This document shows positions 16,218 to 26,383 of a stretch of 64,000 nucleotides of DNA, piece after piece. The translations under genes and the position numbers were made by a program. Source of the DNA: a virus (lineage: Duplodnaviria; Caudoviricetes); the IMG/VR virus record IMGVR_UViG_3300038299_000353, positions 1 to 64,000 of that record; one strand, written 5' to 3'. Each line of letters starts with the position of its first letter. Position 1 is the stretch's first letter. Under the pieces are notes generated by a model that did no database searches, was not told where the DNA came from, and saw only the letters and a list, made by a program, of their open reading frames with translations.

Positions 16218-16766
16218 ATGAGCTACTTATCCGCCCTAATAGACTTTAATGGGAAGGTAGATGGATGTAATGGTATTATTTGCGGATGCAATGAAGTTGC
16301 AAGCGCATTCGATTTAAAGATACAAGGCAACGATTGCGTTGTAGATATCAATTTAAACAAAGAACATTCGCCAGTCTTCAAATATAAAGAGTATCACCAA
16401 TCCTGTATGGAAAATATGCTTATCCCAGCAATTCAACCAGATGTAGATATAAAATATTTGGCAGCTATATTTGACTGGTTCGGGTCTTTCAAGATATTGC
16501 AAGTGGGAGAAAGATACTATCCACAGGTGGTTTTTAAATCTAAGGAAATTTCACACTTCTTATGCGGTCACCTAGGAAAACCAGTTAAGGATACTTTAAC
16601 TTTACATTCAAAAGAGATTTTATATTTTTTAGAAAACACTAAAAATTTTATGTTAAGAAGAACTGAAGAGGCTGAGGTGGTACTTGAATGTGCCATAGAC
16701 TCTAAAAACCCCTATAATAAAGATAGAATGTTTTTATTAAAAGATTATTTAAAAAAAGCTATTTAA
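16218..16766 (+). CDS. degenerate two-motif LAGLIDADG-like protein
   Basis: YLSALIDFNG and YLAAIFDWFG. Confidence 0.5.
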   Translation: MSYLSALIDFNGKVDGCNGIICGCNEVASAFDLKIQGNDCVVDINLNKEHSPVFKYKEYHQSCMENMLIPAIQPDVDIKYLAAIFDWFGSFKILQVGERYYPQVVFKSKEISHFLCGHLGKPVKDTLTLHSKEILYFLENTKNFMLRRTEEAEVVLECAIDSKNPYNKDRMFLLKDYLKKAI

Positions 16767-16803
16767 TGTAAAAGCAGTGTAATACACACTACATACATAC
16801 TGC

Positions 16804-17127
16804 ATGAATATAAACGAAAATAATCGATTAGACCGCATTGAAGAGAAGATAGATAAGATGGCAGAAGCTATTATATCTATAGCTCGTGCTGAAGAGAGAA
16901 TATCTACTTTGGATAACTCTACTAAGATTATTCTTAAGAGGATGGTTGATCAGGATGATCGATTGAGATTGCTTGAGAGAGACCTATCTCACGTTGAAGA
17001 TACCACGCAGACTATTCGGTCTGTAGTATGGACTATAACGACAGCAGTAATTGGAGCATTAGTTGCTGGATTTATTTGGATGTTTGGTACACTTCCATTC
17101 AATGGCAGTAATCTGCCAGGTCGTTAA
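16804..17127 (+). CDS. coiled-coil protein with C-terminal TM helix (holin/XhlA-like)
   Basis: RLDRIEEKIDK heptads, hydrophobic C-terminus. Confidence 0.5.
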   Translation: MNINENNRLDRIEEKIDKMAEAIISIARAEERISTLDNSTKIILKRMVDQDDRLRLLERDLSHVEDTTQTIRSVVWTITTAVIGALVAGFIWMFGTLPFNGSNLPGR

Positions 17128-17249
17128 CAGGTAATTATCTAACAGTAGTTAAGCTACTGCTTAATTAAAAGGCACTGCCTTTAGGTAGAAAATAATCTGC
17201 TTTAATTTTAAAAATTGTTTTTTTAAATAAAAAAACATATATATAATAT

Positions 17250-17570
17250 ATGAAATTTTGTACAGACTGCGGTTCAAAGGTGAAGCCATCTAATGGCTCC
17301 TACCCTAAATTTTGTGCTGAATGCGGAAACGCATTTGGCGTTAAAACTATAAAGAAAGAAGTGTTCGAGGAGGCTGATGAAGTAGATGAGTTCTCTCTAT
17401 CAAGCCTAGACTTTGATTTTTCGAATGAAGATGATTCTGTTCTAAAAATCGAAAACGTTATAGGTTCCAGCGAAAGTGGCGAACCAAAAAAAATAAGTAG
17501 AAAAACGTCCTTTGCAAGTATTGATGAGCTAAGAGTTAGAATGAAGCAAAATTCAATTGACGAAGCGTAA
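17250..17570 (+). CDS. zinc-ribbon protein
   Basis: FCTDCG...PKFCAECG. Confidence 0.7.
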   Translation: MKFCTDCGSKVKPSNGSYPKFCAECGNAFGVKTIKKEVFEEADEVDEFSLSSLDFDFSNEDDSVLKIENVIGSSESGEPKKISRKTSFASIDELRVRMKQNSIDEA

Positions 17571-18268
17571 TGATGATTTTTGAAGACGTTGAGCCGAATA
17601 TAGAGAAACTACTAATTAGATACAGAAACAAGTGGAATCTTGATGTGATTAGACACTATGAGTTTGAAGACTTTAAGCAAGATGTGAAACTTCATATTTA
17701 TCTTAAATTCCAAAAATGGAAGCAATCGGAACCTTTTGACCCTTGGTGTTCTAGAGTTATTCACAACCAACTTATTAACAAGAAGAGGAATCTATTTACC
17801 AATCATAGTAAACCTTGCTCTGATTGTTTTTTTAACAATGGTGGTGATTCATGTGGATTCACAGAGAATAAGACTCAGTCTGTTGAGTGCAGTAAGTTCA
17901 AGCAATGGACAAAAGGCAAGAAAAGTGCTTATGAAATAAAGACTGCAACCGATATTGACTCTGATTTTTTGGAGATATCTAGAGTCGAAGACTTAAATAT
18001 AGATTACGAAAAGTTTCTGTCTTCAATTAGATTGGAGATACTTGATCGGATTAAAAATGCAAAGTACAAGATGACTTCCACTACACTAAAGATATTTGAT
18101 ATGACTTATCTACAAAAAAAAGATGACAATGACATATCAAGAACGCTAGGATATACTACTAGTGAGAGAAATAGGAATCCAGGATATAGGAATCTGTCTT
18201 TACATAGAAAGATAATTAAAGAAATAGCAAAAGAACTTTTAACCAAAGAAGACTACGATTTTGTATGA
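17570..18268 (+). CDS. phage sigma-factor-like protein with Cys insert
   Basis: Region-2-like EDFKQDVKLHIYLK...FDPWCSRVIHNQLIN; C-terminal HTH DISRTLGY. Confidence 0.65.
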   Translation: MMIFEDVEPNIEKLLIRYRNKWNLDVIRHYEFEDFKQDVKLHIYLKFQKWKQSEPFDPWCSRVIHNQLINKKRNLFTNHSKPCSDCFFNNGGDSCGFTENKTQSVECSKFKQWTKGKKSAYEIKTATDIDSDFLEISRVEDLNIDYEKFLSSIRLEILDRIKNAKYKMTSTTLKIFDMTYLQKKDDNDISRTLGYTTSERNRNPGYRNLSLHRKIIKEIAKELLTKEDYDFV

Positions 18269-19350
18269 AAAATAAATTTACATTAACAGATTCTCAGAAG
18301 GAATGGATCAAGAAAAATGCAGAGGAGCTTGAATACGATGTTAAAAGCATTACAATCTCTATAACTGGGGACAAGGCTAAGGACGGAAGATCTTTGGAAG
18401 GCATGGCTGTAAAGAAGTTTTTGTCAGAAGACTTGAACGTAAAGCCTCAGGTTAGAAGCGTCAACAGTGCAGAATACGAAGCCTTTCAATTGACTGATAA
18501 ACAAAAAGAATTTCTTAGATTTAATTTTGAGAAAATGTCAACCACTGAGCTTGCTCTAGAGCTTTTTGAAGAACTTAGAGACATTGAGCTGCGTAGGGTA
18601 GCTTTTAGCAGGCCAGGAGTAGCCATAGCGAGGTTTTTAAATGAAATTGGGGCATCTGCCAACAAACAGGGTAAGCAGGCTAAATTTCAGAACCCTGACA
18701 GTGTATCTTCAGCTTTGATGATTATCAATAAATTCACTGGAGCTAAGCTTGAAGAGAAAAAACTTAAAGACCATCAAATTGAGTCTATAGAAGGTTTGTG
18801 CGTCAACTTAAAAAGAGTGGGCGTTAGACATACTATGGAAAACTTTAAGGAGGAGATAGAAAGGGAGAGATTCTTGGAAAGCTTTATATGCGATACTTGG
18901 GACAAGGAGGATCTTACATCTGGAGAAATATCCCAGTATATTGACTTGGCAGGCGAGAGAGTTCACTTAGATCAAATCAAAAACCATCAAATGGAACTTA
19001 AAGAAATGATGGAGGTTTCGATGCGTAATGATGACAAGATCCAGTATACCTTAGTTGAGAGTATTGACAAGCAGATACAGAATAGGGACAAGTGCATGGG
19101 TCGAATAGAGAAGCTTCAAAAAAGTTTGGAGGGAACTAGAACACAAAGGTTAAAGGACAAGTCTCCAGACAATGTTACAATTCTTTCGATTATTGAAAAG
19201 TTTATGAAAGAAAAGGAGAGAAAACAGATTCTAAAGATGCAAAAGAGAAAAGACGAAATTTTATCTAAAGACATAGATAGTTTAGATGATATGGATGAAT
19301 ATGTATCTAGAGTATTGGGCATAACTAAATCTGAAATTATTAATCAATAA
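18265..19350 (+). CDS. helical hypothetical protein, possible small terminase
   Basis: Position upstream of TerL; coiled-coil C-terminal half. Confidence 0.35.
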   Translation: MKNKFTLTDSQKEWIKKNAEELEYDVKSITISITGDKAKDGRSLEGMAVKKFLSEDLNVKPQVRSVNSAEYEAFQLTDKQKEFLRFNFEKMSTTELALELFEELRDIELRRVAFSRPGVAIARFLNEIGASANKQGKQAKFQNPDSVSSALMIINKFTGAKLEEKKLKDHQIESIEGLCVNLKRVGVRHTMENFKEEIERERFLESFICDTWDKEDLTSGEISQYIDLAGERVHLDQIKNHQMELKEMMEVSMRNDDKIQYTLVESIDKQIQNRDKCMGRIEKLQKSLEGTRTQRLKDKSPDNVTILSIIEKFMKEKERKQILKMQKRKDEILSKDIDSLDDMDEYVSRVLGITKSEIINQ

Positions 19351-20255
19351 TGAGATACTCAGAGTTTAAAACGGAAGCAGAGTTTAAAAAGTACTTGCGC
19401 AGAGAGAAGATCTTGATGGCGGAATACTTTGAAAAATTTGAACCACGATATGATTTGTATTCTAATGAAGTTATAAAGTATAAAGATAGGGCTAGTTACT
19501 TGTCTACATATTTTAATGATAAGAGGAATATGAGCAAATGGCTCAAGATTCAAGATAAAGAAACTTCTTTAAATTTTATAAAAAATAGATTTAAATTTAG
19601 AAAAGAAAAGGACGAGCTGCAGTTCGTACCGTCTCAAGTGGAGAGCAGAAGCTTAAAAGAAGTTCCATCAATAAATGCATATCCTTATATCAAGGAGGAT
19701 ATCGTATGGGAAGGCTTAAACCTAAAACAAAGATTCATTTATGAGGAAGTAGATTATAAATTTGATAATCTGGACGAAGCTATCATAGGAATCGATACAA
19801 GAGAGAAGGATAGATTAGATTTCAAGGGAATTAAAACTATAAAGCATAAGTTTGATTTTGGAGATTATGGATTTATAAATGAACCCTACTTTTGTAATAT
19901 ATTCTTCGAAAGGAAGTCTATTACAGATTTGTGGGGTACAATGTCTAAAGGCTATGATAGATTCTGTAGAGAAATTGAAAGAGCTAAAGATTCTGGAGCA
20001 TATGTCATAGTTATGATCGATTATGCTTATAGTAAAGCTACTGGTTACAACTTCAATAAGAGATACTCTAAATCAACATCTAAATTTATTTTTCATAGAA
20101 TTAGAAAGATGCTGCAGACGTATGATAACGTACAGTTTGTTTTTTCTGGTGGCAGAGATCAAAGTGAATACTTAATCAAGAAGATAGGCTTAATAGGTGA
20201 AAAGGCAAAAATGTATGACCTACAGTATCTTTTAGATACTAAAAAAATAAAATGA
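19350..20255 (+). CDS. ERCC4-domain nuclease
   Basis: IDTRE, GDY, ERKSITDL motifs. Confidence 0.85.
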   Translation: MRYSEFKTEAEFKKYLRREKILMAEYFEKFEPRYDLYSNEVIKYKDRASYLSTYFNDKRNMSKWLKIQDKETSLNFIKNRFKFRKEKDELQFVPSQVESRSLKEVPSINAYPYIKEDIVWEGLNLKQRFIYEEVDYKFDNLDEAIIGIDTREKDRLDFKGIKTIKHKFDFGDYGFINEPYFCNIFFERKSITDLWGTMSKGYDRFCREIERAKDSGAYVIVMIDYAYSKATGYNFNKRYSKSTSKFIFHRIRKMLQTYDNVQFVFSGGRDQSEYLIKKIGLIGEKAKMYDLQYLLDTKKIK

Positions 20256-22156
20256 TTGAAAAAGGAAACTTTGGGCTAGAAGCCCCCGACGTAATAGACG
20301 AGATGCTTAAGGTCGAAGGAGACCTAACTGAAGCTGAAGCTTCTGAGATGGTTGCAAGGCTATTAGCATCAAAACCAGGTCTACTTTACAATATGCTTAC
20401 TGGTGGAGAGAATCTATTTAGCTTTCAAATAGCCAAAATGGCTGTCTTAGCCAAGAGAGACTTCACCTTAGATGTAAGTGCTAGAGGTGGAGCCAAAACC
20501 TTTACTACAGCAGTATTTGCCCTAATATATGCCATTACTCATCCTGGGATTAAGATTCTAGTACTGGGTCCTACCTTAAGGCAGGCTAAGACTCTATTAA
20601 ATTACATAATGGATATATCCAAAAAGCCTAATGCTTTCTTACTGCGACAATTTCTAACCGACAAGAGTTACAAGAGAGATCCAGATAGATATTCCATAAA
20701 AATTGGAACTGGTATATTTGGTCCAGAGTCAGAGATTTTTGCTATGGCATTGGGTGATGGTAAGAAAATTCGTGGAGCTAGAGCGCAAGTAATTATCCTC
20801 GATGAGGCTTTTGCTATTCCTCAAAACATTATTGACGAGGTTATTGGGCCAATGATGATCGTCAATGCAAATATTTCGGAGAGAGTCGAAACCAAAAAGA
20901 TAGAGGACAAGTTGGTGGAAAGCGGGAAAATGAAGAATAGCGAGAGACGTAAATTCGCTAATAATAAGATGATAATGCTATCTTCTGCTTGTTATGAATT
21001 TGAGTCATTCTATAAAAGATTTGAAAGTTATAGGGATAAGATTCTAAACCCAAATATAGATAGAGAAGAAGGGGAGATTACATACGGTATTGTCAACTTG
21101 GGTTGGGAAGCGCATCCACCAGAATTATTGTCGAAGACATTTGTATTAAGGGAACAGGAGTCAATGTCTGAGGATTCATTTAGAAGAGAGTATGAAGCTC
21201 AGTTCTCTCCAGACTCAGCATCTTATTTCAAGATGTCTGTGATGGCGAAGAGAACTTTAGAGCCAGGAGAATATCCTCATGTCGAGATAAAGGGAGATGA
21301 CCCTTCTAAGTATTTTTATATTCTTGGGATTGACCCTAATTTTAGCAATTCAGAAACTAGTGACAACTATGCAATGTCTTTGCTTAAAGTGGAAAGAGGT
21401 AAGCAGAACAAAGGGACTTTGGTACATAACTATGCGGTCGCAGGACTTGAGGCAGAAAATATTATTAATTATATAATTTATTTGATCACCCATTTTAATA
21501 TCGAATATATTTGCATGGATTTCGCTGGCGCTAGACAGTCTTTAGATACTTGGAATAATTCCTCTTTATTTAAAGAGAGGAATCTAAAACTGGAAGACTT
21601 CGAAGCTAAGTTTGATTCGGAAAAAGATGTCAGGAATAGCAAGTACTCTTATGATTTAGGTTCTAGAAAGATTGTGCATATCCAAAACTTTAATACTGGA
21701 TGGATTAGAGAGGCTAATGAGTATATGCAAATGTGCTTTGACAGAGGAAAGCTATTCTTCGCATCTGCTCCTATTGACAGCGAATTTGAGAGTATGGTAA
21801 AGAAAAAGGATATTCCTATGGATAAAATATACTATATATATGGACAGGAAAATGAGGACAACTTCAATGAAGAAGATTGGTTGAAGAAAAAGCAGTATGA
21901 TTTCGTTGAACATCAAGTCAGATTAATATCACAATCTAAAACAGAATGCGCAAATGTTAAAATGACTGCGTCTCCTCAAGGGCATCAAACTTTTGATTTG
22001 CCAGTAACAATGAGAAAGATGAATACGCCAGATAAGCCAAGGAAGGATAGCTATTCGTCACTTTTACTTGCAAATTGGGGCAGAAAATGCTATCAGTTAC
22101 TTAACGAAACGGACGAAGAAGAGGTATCTACTTGGGTTCCTCCTATGATGTTCTAA
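20252..22156 (+). CDS. terL: terminase large subunit
   Basis: SARGGAKT Walker A, IILDEA Walker B, FRREYEAQF, LGIDP nuclease, RKDSYS. Confidence 0.9.
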   Translation: MIEKGNFGLEAPDVIDEMLKVEGDLTEAEASEMVARLLASKPGLLYNMLTGGENLFSFQIAKMAVLAKRDFTLDVSARGGAKTFTTAVFALIYAITHPGIKILVLGPTLRQAKTLLNYIMDISKKPNAFLLRQFLTDKSYKRDPDRYSIKIGTGIFGPESEIFAMALGDGKKIRGARAQVIILDEAFAIPQNIIDEVIGPMMIVNANISERVETKKIEDKLVESGKMKNSERRKFANNKMIMLSSACYEFESFYKRFESYRDKILNPNIDREEGEITYGIVNLGWEAHPPELLSKTFVLREQESMSEDSFRREYEAQFSPDSASYFKMSVMAKRTLEPGEYPHVEIKGDDPSKYFYILGIDPNFSNSETSDNYAMSLLKVERGKQNKGTLVHNYAVAGLEAENIINYIIYLITHFNIEYICMDFAGARQSLDTWNNSSLFKERNLKLEDFEAKFDSEKDVRNSKYSYDLGSRKIVHIQNFNTGWIREANEYMQMCFDRGKLFFASAPIDSEFESMVKKKDIPMDKIYYIYGQENEDNFNEEDWLKKKQYDFVEHQVRLISQSKTECANVKMTASPQGHQTFDLPVTMRKMNTPDKPRKDSYSSLLLANWGRKCYQLLNETDEEEVSTWVPPMMF

Positions 22157-22195
22157 TCTTTCACATAAAGTCACATTAAATGTAATATCTACCAA

Positions 22196-24205
22196 ATGGC
22201 AAAAAAGAAGTACAACTCAAATTCTCTATATCATAAAGATAGAAAAGCATACTATGCTCAGAAAGAAGCGGAAGCTTCTACTCAACAGCCAGAATTAACT
22301 TATAACGACGTCTTCTCTAGCAGAGAAAATATCGAAAAGAGCATTGGGATGGTAGGAGGCAACAGCAGGGGCGGCTCTCTGGGAAGAACTTTCGATAGTG
22401 CTTTGGGCGTTGATAGTGAGTTAGCGGCAAGATTTCCAAACCTAATAGGTAGAGGGACTATTTATCGCAGACACTCAGATGGGTATATTGGCATTCAAGA
22501 AGTTGTATACTTGTGCCAAAAGGCTTGGGAAGAATTTCAGCTGTTTAGAAATACTATAGAAACTATGGTAGAGTTTTCCGTTTCAGAAATTCAAATCAGC
22601 GATAAAAATAGCTCTGCAAAAGCATTTTGCAAAGGATGGTTAGAAGCCGTCAATATGCAAGGATTCTCTGAGCAATTCTATAGAGAGCTTTACAGGTCTT
22701 GTAATCTTTTTATTTATAAAATAGGTGGAAAGGTAGATAAGAAAGATATTACCAGTTTAAGAGATGTTAAAAGCGGCAGTGTCAATATACCAGTAAAGTA
22801 TACAGTTCTTAACCCAGCTCAAGTAGCCCTTGAAGGTGGAGTAACATATGACTCTGCAGTATACAAGATCCTTAGCCCTTACGAAATACAGAGACTTAAA
22901 AATCCAAAGACTCCAACTGAGAAGGCTATTTTCAACAACTTAGACAAAGACATACAAGTTCAAATACGAAATTATAGTGAAAACTATGGCAGCTCTCAAG
23001 AAACTTTGAGAGTAGCTCTAGAAGATGTTGATTCTATCTTCTACCAAAAACAGGATTACGAATACTTTGCTGTTCCTCTATTCTACGGGGTACTGGATGA
23101 TATCGAACTAAAAATGGAAATGAAGAATGCTGATAGGCAGATTATTAGCTCTTTGGACAGTATGCTTCTTCTTCTTACTATGGGAGGGGCTAAGGGCAGA
23201 GACGGAACTGAACTTCCTCCAAATCCTGAGCATATGGCTTATATGAAAACTCTATTTGAGAACAAGAAAGCTCAACGAGTACTAGTGGCCGATTACACTA
23301 CAAAAGCAGAATATGTAATCCCAGATATTGATAAGATCATCGGGAAAGCTAAGTATGAGCAAGTCAACGAAGATATTAGAGAAGGCTTGCAAACTGTATT
23401 TGGAGGAAACGAAACATTCTCTAATTCGGTTACTAAGGTAAAAATATTTTGCGAAAGACTTCAGAAAGGTCAAAACATATTTAAAAGATGGCTTGAAGAC
23501 GAGCTTAGTAACGTCTGCAAGAAGATGGGGTTTAATGCTAAGCCAACTGTAAAACTTTCTTCCGTAAGTCTAGAAGATGATGCTCAGATGTTTAGAGTTT
23601 ATACTAGAATGGCAGAGCTTGGATTCCTAACTCCAGAAGAGCTGTTCGAAGCAACTAAAAATGGAATGCTTCCGAACTCTCATGAAAGCATTCTTTCTCA
23701 GAGAAAGTTTAAAAAGCAAAAAGAGGAAGATATATATTTCCCTCAAATTTTCAACAATAGTCAATACAATCCTTTGGATGCTGACACGAAAAATACTAAC
23801 GACAAGGAGCCTTCTGCTAATCAAGTTGGAAGGCCCCCAAGTAAAGATTCTGGCTTCAATGAAGTTAGACAAAGAAGAGTCGGCAGTATTGAACAGCTTT
23901 CAATCAAGAGTCTTAAAGATGTGTTGTCAGAGTACGACAGCCTTAAGGAAGATACTAATACCTCCTTTGCTAAAAAATACGGGATAGAAGAAGTTAGTGA
24001 GAAGCAAAAGGAAATTACAAAGTCTATAGCTTACAACATATCCAAGAATTATGAAATAAAGGACTGGAAGAAAGCTATTGAGGAAGTTATAGAAAAGAAA
24101 ATCATATTGAGTAATACGGATGTTGAAAACAAGATTGAGAGCATTTGTAATGATTTTGAGCTTAGTGACGACTTTATGGGTATGTTGATTTATCACTCCA
24201 AATAA
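22196..24205 (+). CDS. portal protein
   Basis: Position between TerL and protease; size; helical character. Confidence 0.75.
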   Translation: MAKKKYNSNSLYHKDRKAYYAQKEAEASTQQPELTYNDVFSSRENIEKSIGMVGGNSRGGSLGRTFDSALGVDSELAARFPNLIGRGTIYRRHSDGYIGIQEVVYLCQKAWEEFQLFRNTIETMVEFSVSEIQISDKNSSAKAFCKGWLEAVNMQGFSEQFYRELYRSCNLFIYKIGGKVDKKDITSLRDVKSGSVNIPVKYTVLNPAQVALEGGVTYDSAVYKILSPYEIQRLKNPKTPTEKAIFNNLDKDIQVQIRNYSENYGSSQETLRVALEDVDSIFYQKQDYEYFAVPLFYGVLDDIELKMEMKNADRQIISSLDSMLLLLTMGGAKGRDGTELPPNPEHMAYMKTLFENKKAQRVLVADYTTKAEYVIPDIDKIIGKAKYEQVNEDIREGLQTVFGGNETFSNSVTKVKIFCERLQKGQNIFKRWLEDELSNVCKKMGFNAKPTVKLSSVSLEDDAQMFRVYTRMAELGFLTPEELFEATKNGMLPNSHESILSQRKFKKQKEEDIYFPQIFNNSQYNPLDADTKNTNDKEPSANQVGRPPSKDSGFNEVRQRRVGSIEQLSIKSLKDVLSEYDSLKEDTNTSFAKKYGIEEVSEKQKEITKSIAYNISKNYEIKDWKKAIEEVIEKKIILSNTDVENKIESICNDFELSDDFMGMLIYHSK

Positions 24206-24240
24206 CTTCTCAAGATTGGCGTTACCATGTATATAACTAT

Positions 24241-25749
24241 ATGCGCTCTTCGTTAAGTGATAAATTCAAATATAAAAGTACTTTCCTTTCTAAGGCAAAT
24301 GTAGTATCTCTAACTACCTCTAATCTATCAAAGGCTTCTTTACAAAATTTAAAGGATACTTTGAATGTATCAGAAGGTGACTTTGAGAAAAATCCAGACC
24401 TATTATTTCTTTCTGCGGACTTGTATGTTTCAGACAATGCAAATAAAAATGGAGATCTGGTCGATAGAGAAGGAGCGCTTGAGCTTGCTAAGCAAGTACC
24501 TAATAAATATTTAAATTTAGAACACGAACAAGATATGATCGTAGGATCTCTGATTAGCCCTTTCTACAGAAAGTATTCTGAAGATAGGGAGATGATAGAG
24601 GAGGGTGGCCTAGAAGACTATGACGGTCCAGTCGTAGTTGGAGGCACTGGATATATCTGGAAAAGTGTTAACCCAGACCTAGCTGAATTTTTAGTTCAAG
24701 CTTCCGAAGAGGATAGCGAAGAATATGGAATGGCTTCTATGTCTTGGGAAGTATATTTCAATGACTTTGAAATCTTAAAGGGATCAAAGTATGTTGCCGA
24801 GGGTGACATAGTTTCTGATAAGAGAGAAATTGAAAAAATGAAACCCTTCTTAAGGTGCTATGGAGGAAATGGAGACTATGATGGTTCTCCTATCTATAGG
24901 CTGATAAAAGGAGAAAAATTATTTTTAGGTGCTGGAATAGTAAAGAACCCTGCGGCTGATGTCAAAGGTATAATTACTTCCGAGTCTAAAATTATTAAAA
25001 ATAATAATAAAAAAAATTCACAAACAGTGAAAATAAATGTAAAACCAAATAAAGCAATGAAGATCTCAAATATTACAGATTATAAAAATGCACTAGCTTC
25101 TATTACCTCTGGTGATGAAGTTAATGTAACTACCCTTGCATCTTTGGAAGCGAATTTCGATTCCGTAGTTGATAAAGCTCAAGCTTCCGCTATCGCCGAC
25201 GAAATTCGTGCGAAGAGTGAAGAGTTTGCAGCTTCTATCTCCGAAAAGGATGCACTTATCGTACAGGCCGAAGAAGCTCGTGCGACGTTGGAGACGAAAA
25301 TAGCAGAACTTGAAGCAGCTAAGGCCGCTCAAGACTCCGAACTTTCTGAAATTAAAGAAAAAGTTGAAGCGCAAGAAAAACAAAGAGTATTCGACGAAAG
25401 AATGACTGCTCTAAGTTCTGAATTTAAGCTTGAAGGCGAAGTAGCGAAGGTTGTTGCTGAAGAAATCAAGGATATAGATGAAGAGCAGTATGACGCTTGG
25501 CTTAGCAGATTTAAAATTTTAGCTGGAAGTCACTTGAAGGCAGAAGCTAGTGAAGAAGTCTCTCAAGATGAGTCCGATTCAGAAGAAACCGAAGAGTGTG
25601 TAGCAGAAGCTGCGGCGGAAGAAGAAGCAGAGGCGGTAATCACCGAAGCTTCTAATTCAGCAATAGAAGAAGTTACTAACTCTCAACATGAATACAAATC
25701 CCTTAAAGATGAATTTGAAAACTTCGAATTCGAACTTGCGGGTAAATAA
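24241..25749 (+). CDS. prohead protease-scaffold fusion
   Basis: NKNGD, LNLEH (His), SMSWE (Ser), GAGIVKNPA; acidic coiled-coil C-terminal half. Confidence 0.75.
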   Translation: MRSSLSDKFKYKSTFLSKANVVSLTTSNLSKASLQNLKDTLNVSEGDFEKNPDLLFLSADLYVSDNANKNGDLVDREGALELAKQVPNKYLNLEHEQDMIVGSLISPFYRKYSEDREMIEEGGLEDYDGPVVVGGTGYIWKSVNPDLAEFLVQASEEDSEEYGMASMSWEVYFNDFEILKGSKYVAEGDIVSDKREIEKMKPFLRCYGGNGDYDGSPIYRLIKGEKLFLGAGIVKNPAADVKGIITSESKIIKNNNKKNSQTVKINVKPNKAMKISNITDYKNALASITSGDEVNVTTLASLEANFDSVVDKAQASAIADEIRAKSEEFAASISEKDALIVQAEEARATLETKIAELEAAKAAQDSELSEIKEKVEAQEKQRVFDERMTALSSEFKLEGEVAKVVAEEIKDIDEEQYDAWLSRFKILAGSHLKAEASEEVSQDESDSEETEECVAEAAAEEEAEAVITEASNSAIEEVTNSQHEYKSLKDEFENFEFELAGK

Positions 25750-25773
25750 AAACAAACATAAAAAAAATAAATT

Positions 25774-26364
25774 ATGGCATATAAAGACCTAATCCTAAAA
25801 CCAACTCGCAACGTTCCTCCTCATAAGATCGTTTCTGAGTTCCGCACGGACTTCACTGGTCAGGCTGGTCATCTCGTTAAGGTTTCTTCGTACGATCCTG
25901 ACAGTGACACTTATTACAGCTCGTCCCCAGTAGGAGGTTCCTATGATGGTATCTACAGCAATCAGCAAGTAGCTCCATATTCAGTCGCTAAAACCGCAGC
26001 AGGAGATACTTCTGCTCAGGTTCTTGGCATCACCCTCGAAGGCACTGCTACTGTAGACGCTAACGGGAATAAAGTCGATGGCTTCAACAAACGTTGGGCT
26101 GACGAAAATGGTTACGTTGCTTCTGGCAAGCCAGTTCAAATTGCTACAGAAGGTCTATTCTGGATTGATGCAAATCAACTCAATGGCGGCATTCCTGCTC
26201 CTGGTTCTGGTCTTAAGGCTGGAGCTGCTGGCACATTTGCTCTTGTTGATACATCTGCTATTGTTGTTACAGGCGCTGTTTCTGCTGCTGCTCTGCAAAT
26301 CGGCAAAGTTATCTCAAGCACTGGCACACGTCAGTCTGATGTTCTAATCCAACTGTCACTCTAA
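25774..26364 (+). CDS. capsid decoration/cement protein
   Basis: Between scaffold and MCP; VLGITL, VQIATEG. Confidence 0.6.
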   Translation: MAYKDLILKPTRNVPPHKIVSEFRTDFTGQAGHLVKVSSYDPDSDTYYSSSPVGGSYDGIYSNQQVAPYSVAKTAAGDTSAQVLGITLEGTATVDANGNKVDGFNKRWADENGYVASGKPVQIATEGLFWIDANQLNGGIPAPGSGLKAGAAGTFALVDTSAIVVTGAVSAAALQIGKVISSTGTRQSDVLIQLSL

Positions 26365-26383
26365 AATACAAGTTACTACTAAA

